DNA of 64,000 nt from the NCBI RefSeq assembly GCF_000143415.4, contig NW_003314324.1, positions 124,001 through 188,000 on the forward strand, given 5' to 3'. Of the stretch, positions 62,501 to 64,000 are shown piece after piece (the stretch's first letter is position 1; each line of letters opens with the position of its first letter). The position numbers were made by a program, and so were the translations under genes. Source of the stretch: Selaginella moellendorffii. Lineage: Eukaryota; Plantae; Lycopodiophyta. The notes under the pieces were generated by a model that was not told where the DNA came from, made no database searches, and saw only the letters and a program-made list of their open reading frames with translations.

Positions 62501-64000
62501 ATACAATGGTGTTCGTCTCGTGTCCAAATTCACAATCTAAGGATATTCCATATTTAGTAAGTTTAAAACTTGTTCCAAAGGCTAACTCCTGATATTAAGG
62601 GAGGGTTGGGGTGAAAGCCCAAAACATATGTTCCTCAAGAAGGGGGGGAGGGGGGGGCACGGGATGTGGGGGATTCCAAATGTATAATAAGGATATTGAG
62701 TAGGTCGGGTATGGGTGACAAACCTGAGGCATAATTTAGCTCCTGCTTGCGTGTCTATCTCTTTGTTCTGCGTCTAGCTTGGGTCTAAGCCCAAGTTCCA
62801 CCATGCTAGCTGATGGAGTACCTATATCCTTGCATTAAGCCACCAATATGCTTAAATAGTGCCAAACTCTTAACTCCATTTTGTGTGCTAGTTTTGGCAT
62901 TAAGATGTTAGATGCTCTAAAACTATTCTAAGTTTCTCCACACTCTTGTTCCTTTGCTCCTTGGGGCTGTACATTCAAGAGTCATTCCATGCTCCAATAC
63001 TATTCCTCCTTAGCTCTATACTTGGGAGTTTGGCATTATTCCTTCATTTAGTGGCCCAAGACCCTGAAATTCAAGTTCCGCACCACTATCCTTTGGACAC
63101 GTGGCATGTGGCATGTGGCATGTGACACGTGGCATATGGAGGTTTAATATCTATTTCATGGTTATCCTATGGTAAATCATTATAGGATAAAGGGTAAAAA
63201 CTACATGCACTATAATATCTCTTAAGGCTACAAATGTTACTTTATTGTCTTTATTCTGTAATGTCATGAACTTTTATAATTTTTTCCAGACTCTTTGAAG
63301 TAGAAGTTAGAATGGACAGGGATGACTCAAGGATTTAAATAATACTAACATGATCAACACTAAAAACTGAATTAATATGTGACACAATAGTAAAAATTAG
63401 CTGTGACAATGTTGTGTATGTAGAATTGGAGGAAAGTTACCTTACCTTCTTTCTTCATGGTAAATCCTTAGTGCATTGTTTCTTGTTTTTAGTGTTTTGA
63501 TATTTCCTGATGATTGTCATTATGATATTAATTGGAAAGTTATAGATGATGTAATTTTATTTCTAGAGGATTTTGAGGATTGAGTTTTTGGGAAGATGAT
63601 GTTTACGAGTTTAAATGGGTTTCTAATGAAAAATTCATAAAATATCTTTGGAAAAAAGTTGGAAATTTCACACAGTAGGTATCAATTCTTTAATTTACTA
63701 TATAATTTTTTCTCTTTGCCTTTTATTCTTTCTCAACATTTTCTTTTTCTCAGCCTTCTTCTAACACATTAATCATTTATGATTTTTTTATTTTAGTGGT
63801 GAGTTAAATATTTTCTATTCTTTTCATATTAATCTAAATGTTAAATGTGTGTATAAAGTTAAAAATCTTGCTTTTATTTCATTAATGGAGTCTTTCCTTT
63901 GTTCTTAAGGTTGCTAAAATTTTAGGTTAGGTGTTTTTTCTTGATATAAGTGTGATTGAGTGTCTTTGTTTTAAGGAATTTTTCTACTCTCATAATAAAG

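Larger units (their letters stand above)
47100..63214 (+). mobile_element. Family A element, older copy A3 (partial 5' LTR 47100-47832, 3' LTR 62069-63214), hosting nested insertions
   Basis: PBS TTTGGTATCAAAG at 47833 and PPT AAAGGGGGGAGAG before 62069. The two LTRs share diagnostic variants, and the interior is collinear with A1. Confidence 0.88.

Overview
Plant nuclear DNA. The compact genes, very short introns and retroelement content suggest a lycophyte such as Selaginella; this is an inference. One gene island (~14.2-23.7 kb) holds an intact GT37 xyloglucan-type fucosyltransferase, two decayed paralogues, a head-to-head FLS2-like non-RD LRR receptor kinase, a 12-Cys defensin-like peptide and several broken tRNA genes. 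The rest is a nest of LTR retrotransposons: a Copia end, two Gypsy families (B, with a tRNA-Ala-type PBS; D, a chromovirus), two large non-autonomous families (A, C), solo LTRs, and four insertions of a Cassandra-like TRIM with 5S-rRNA sequence in its LTRs. The most striking observation is that the integrase of chromovirus D is interrupted by two short GT-AG inserts (47 and 51 nt) whose exact removal restores conserved integrase motifs. A possible third lies at the gag-pol junction. The 3' region of D also carries a structured hairpin cassette shared with the non-autonomous families. Three 100-N assembly gaps lie at ~2038-2137, ~38264-38363 and ~56747-56846.
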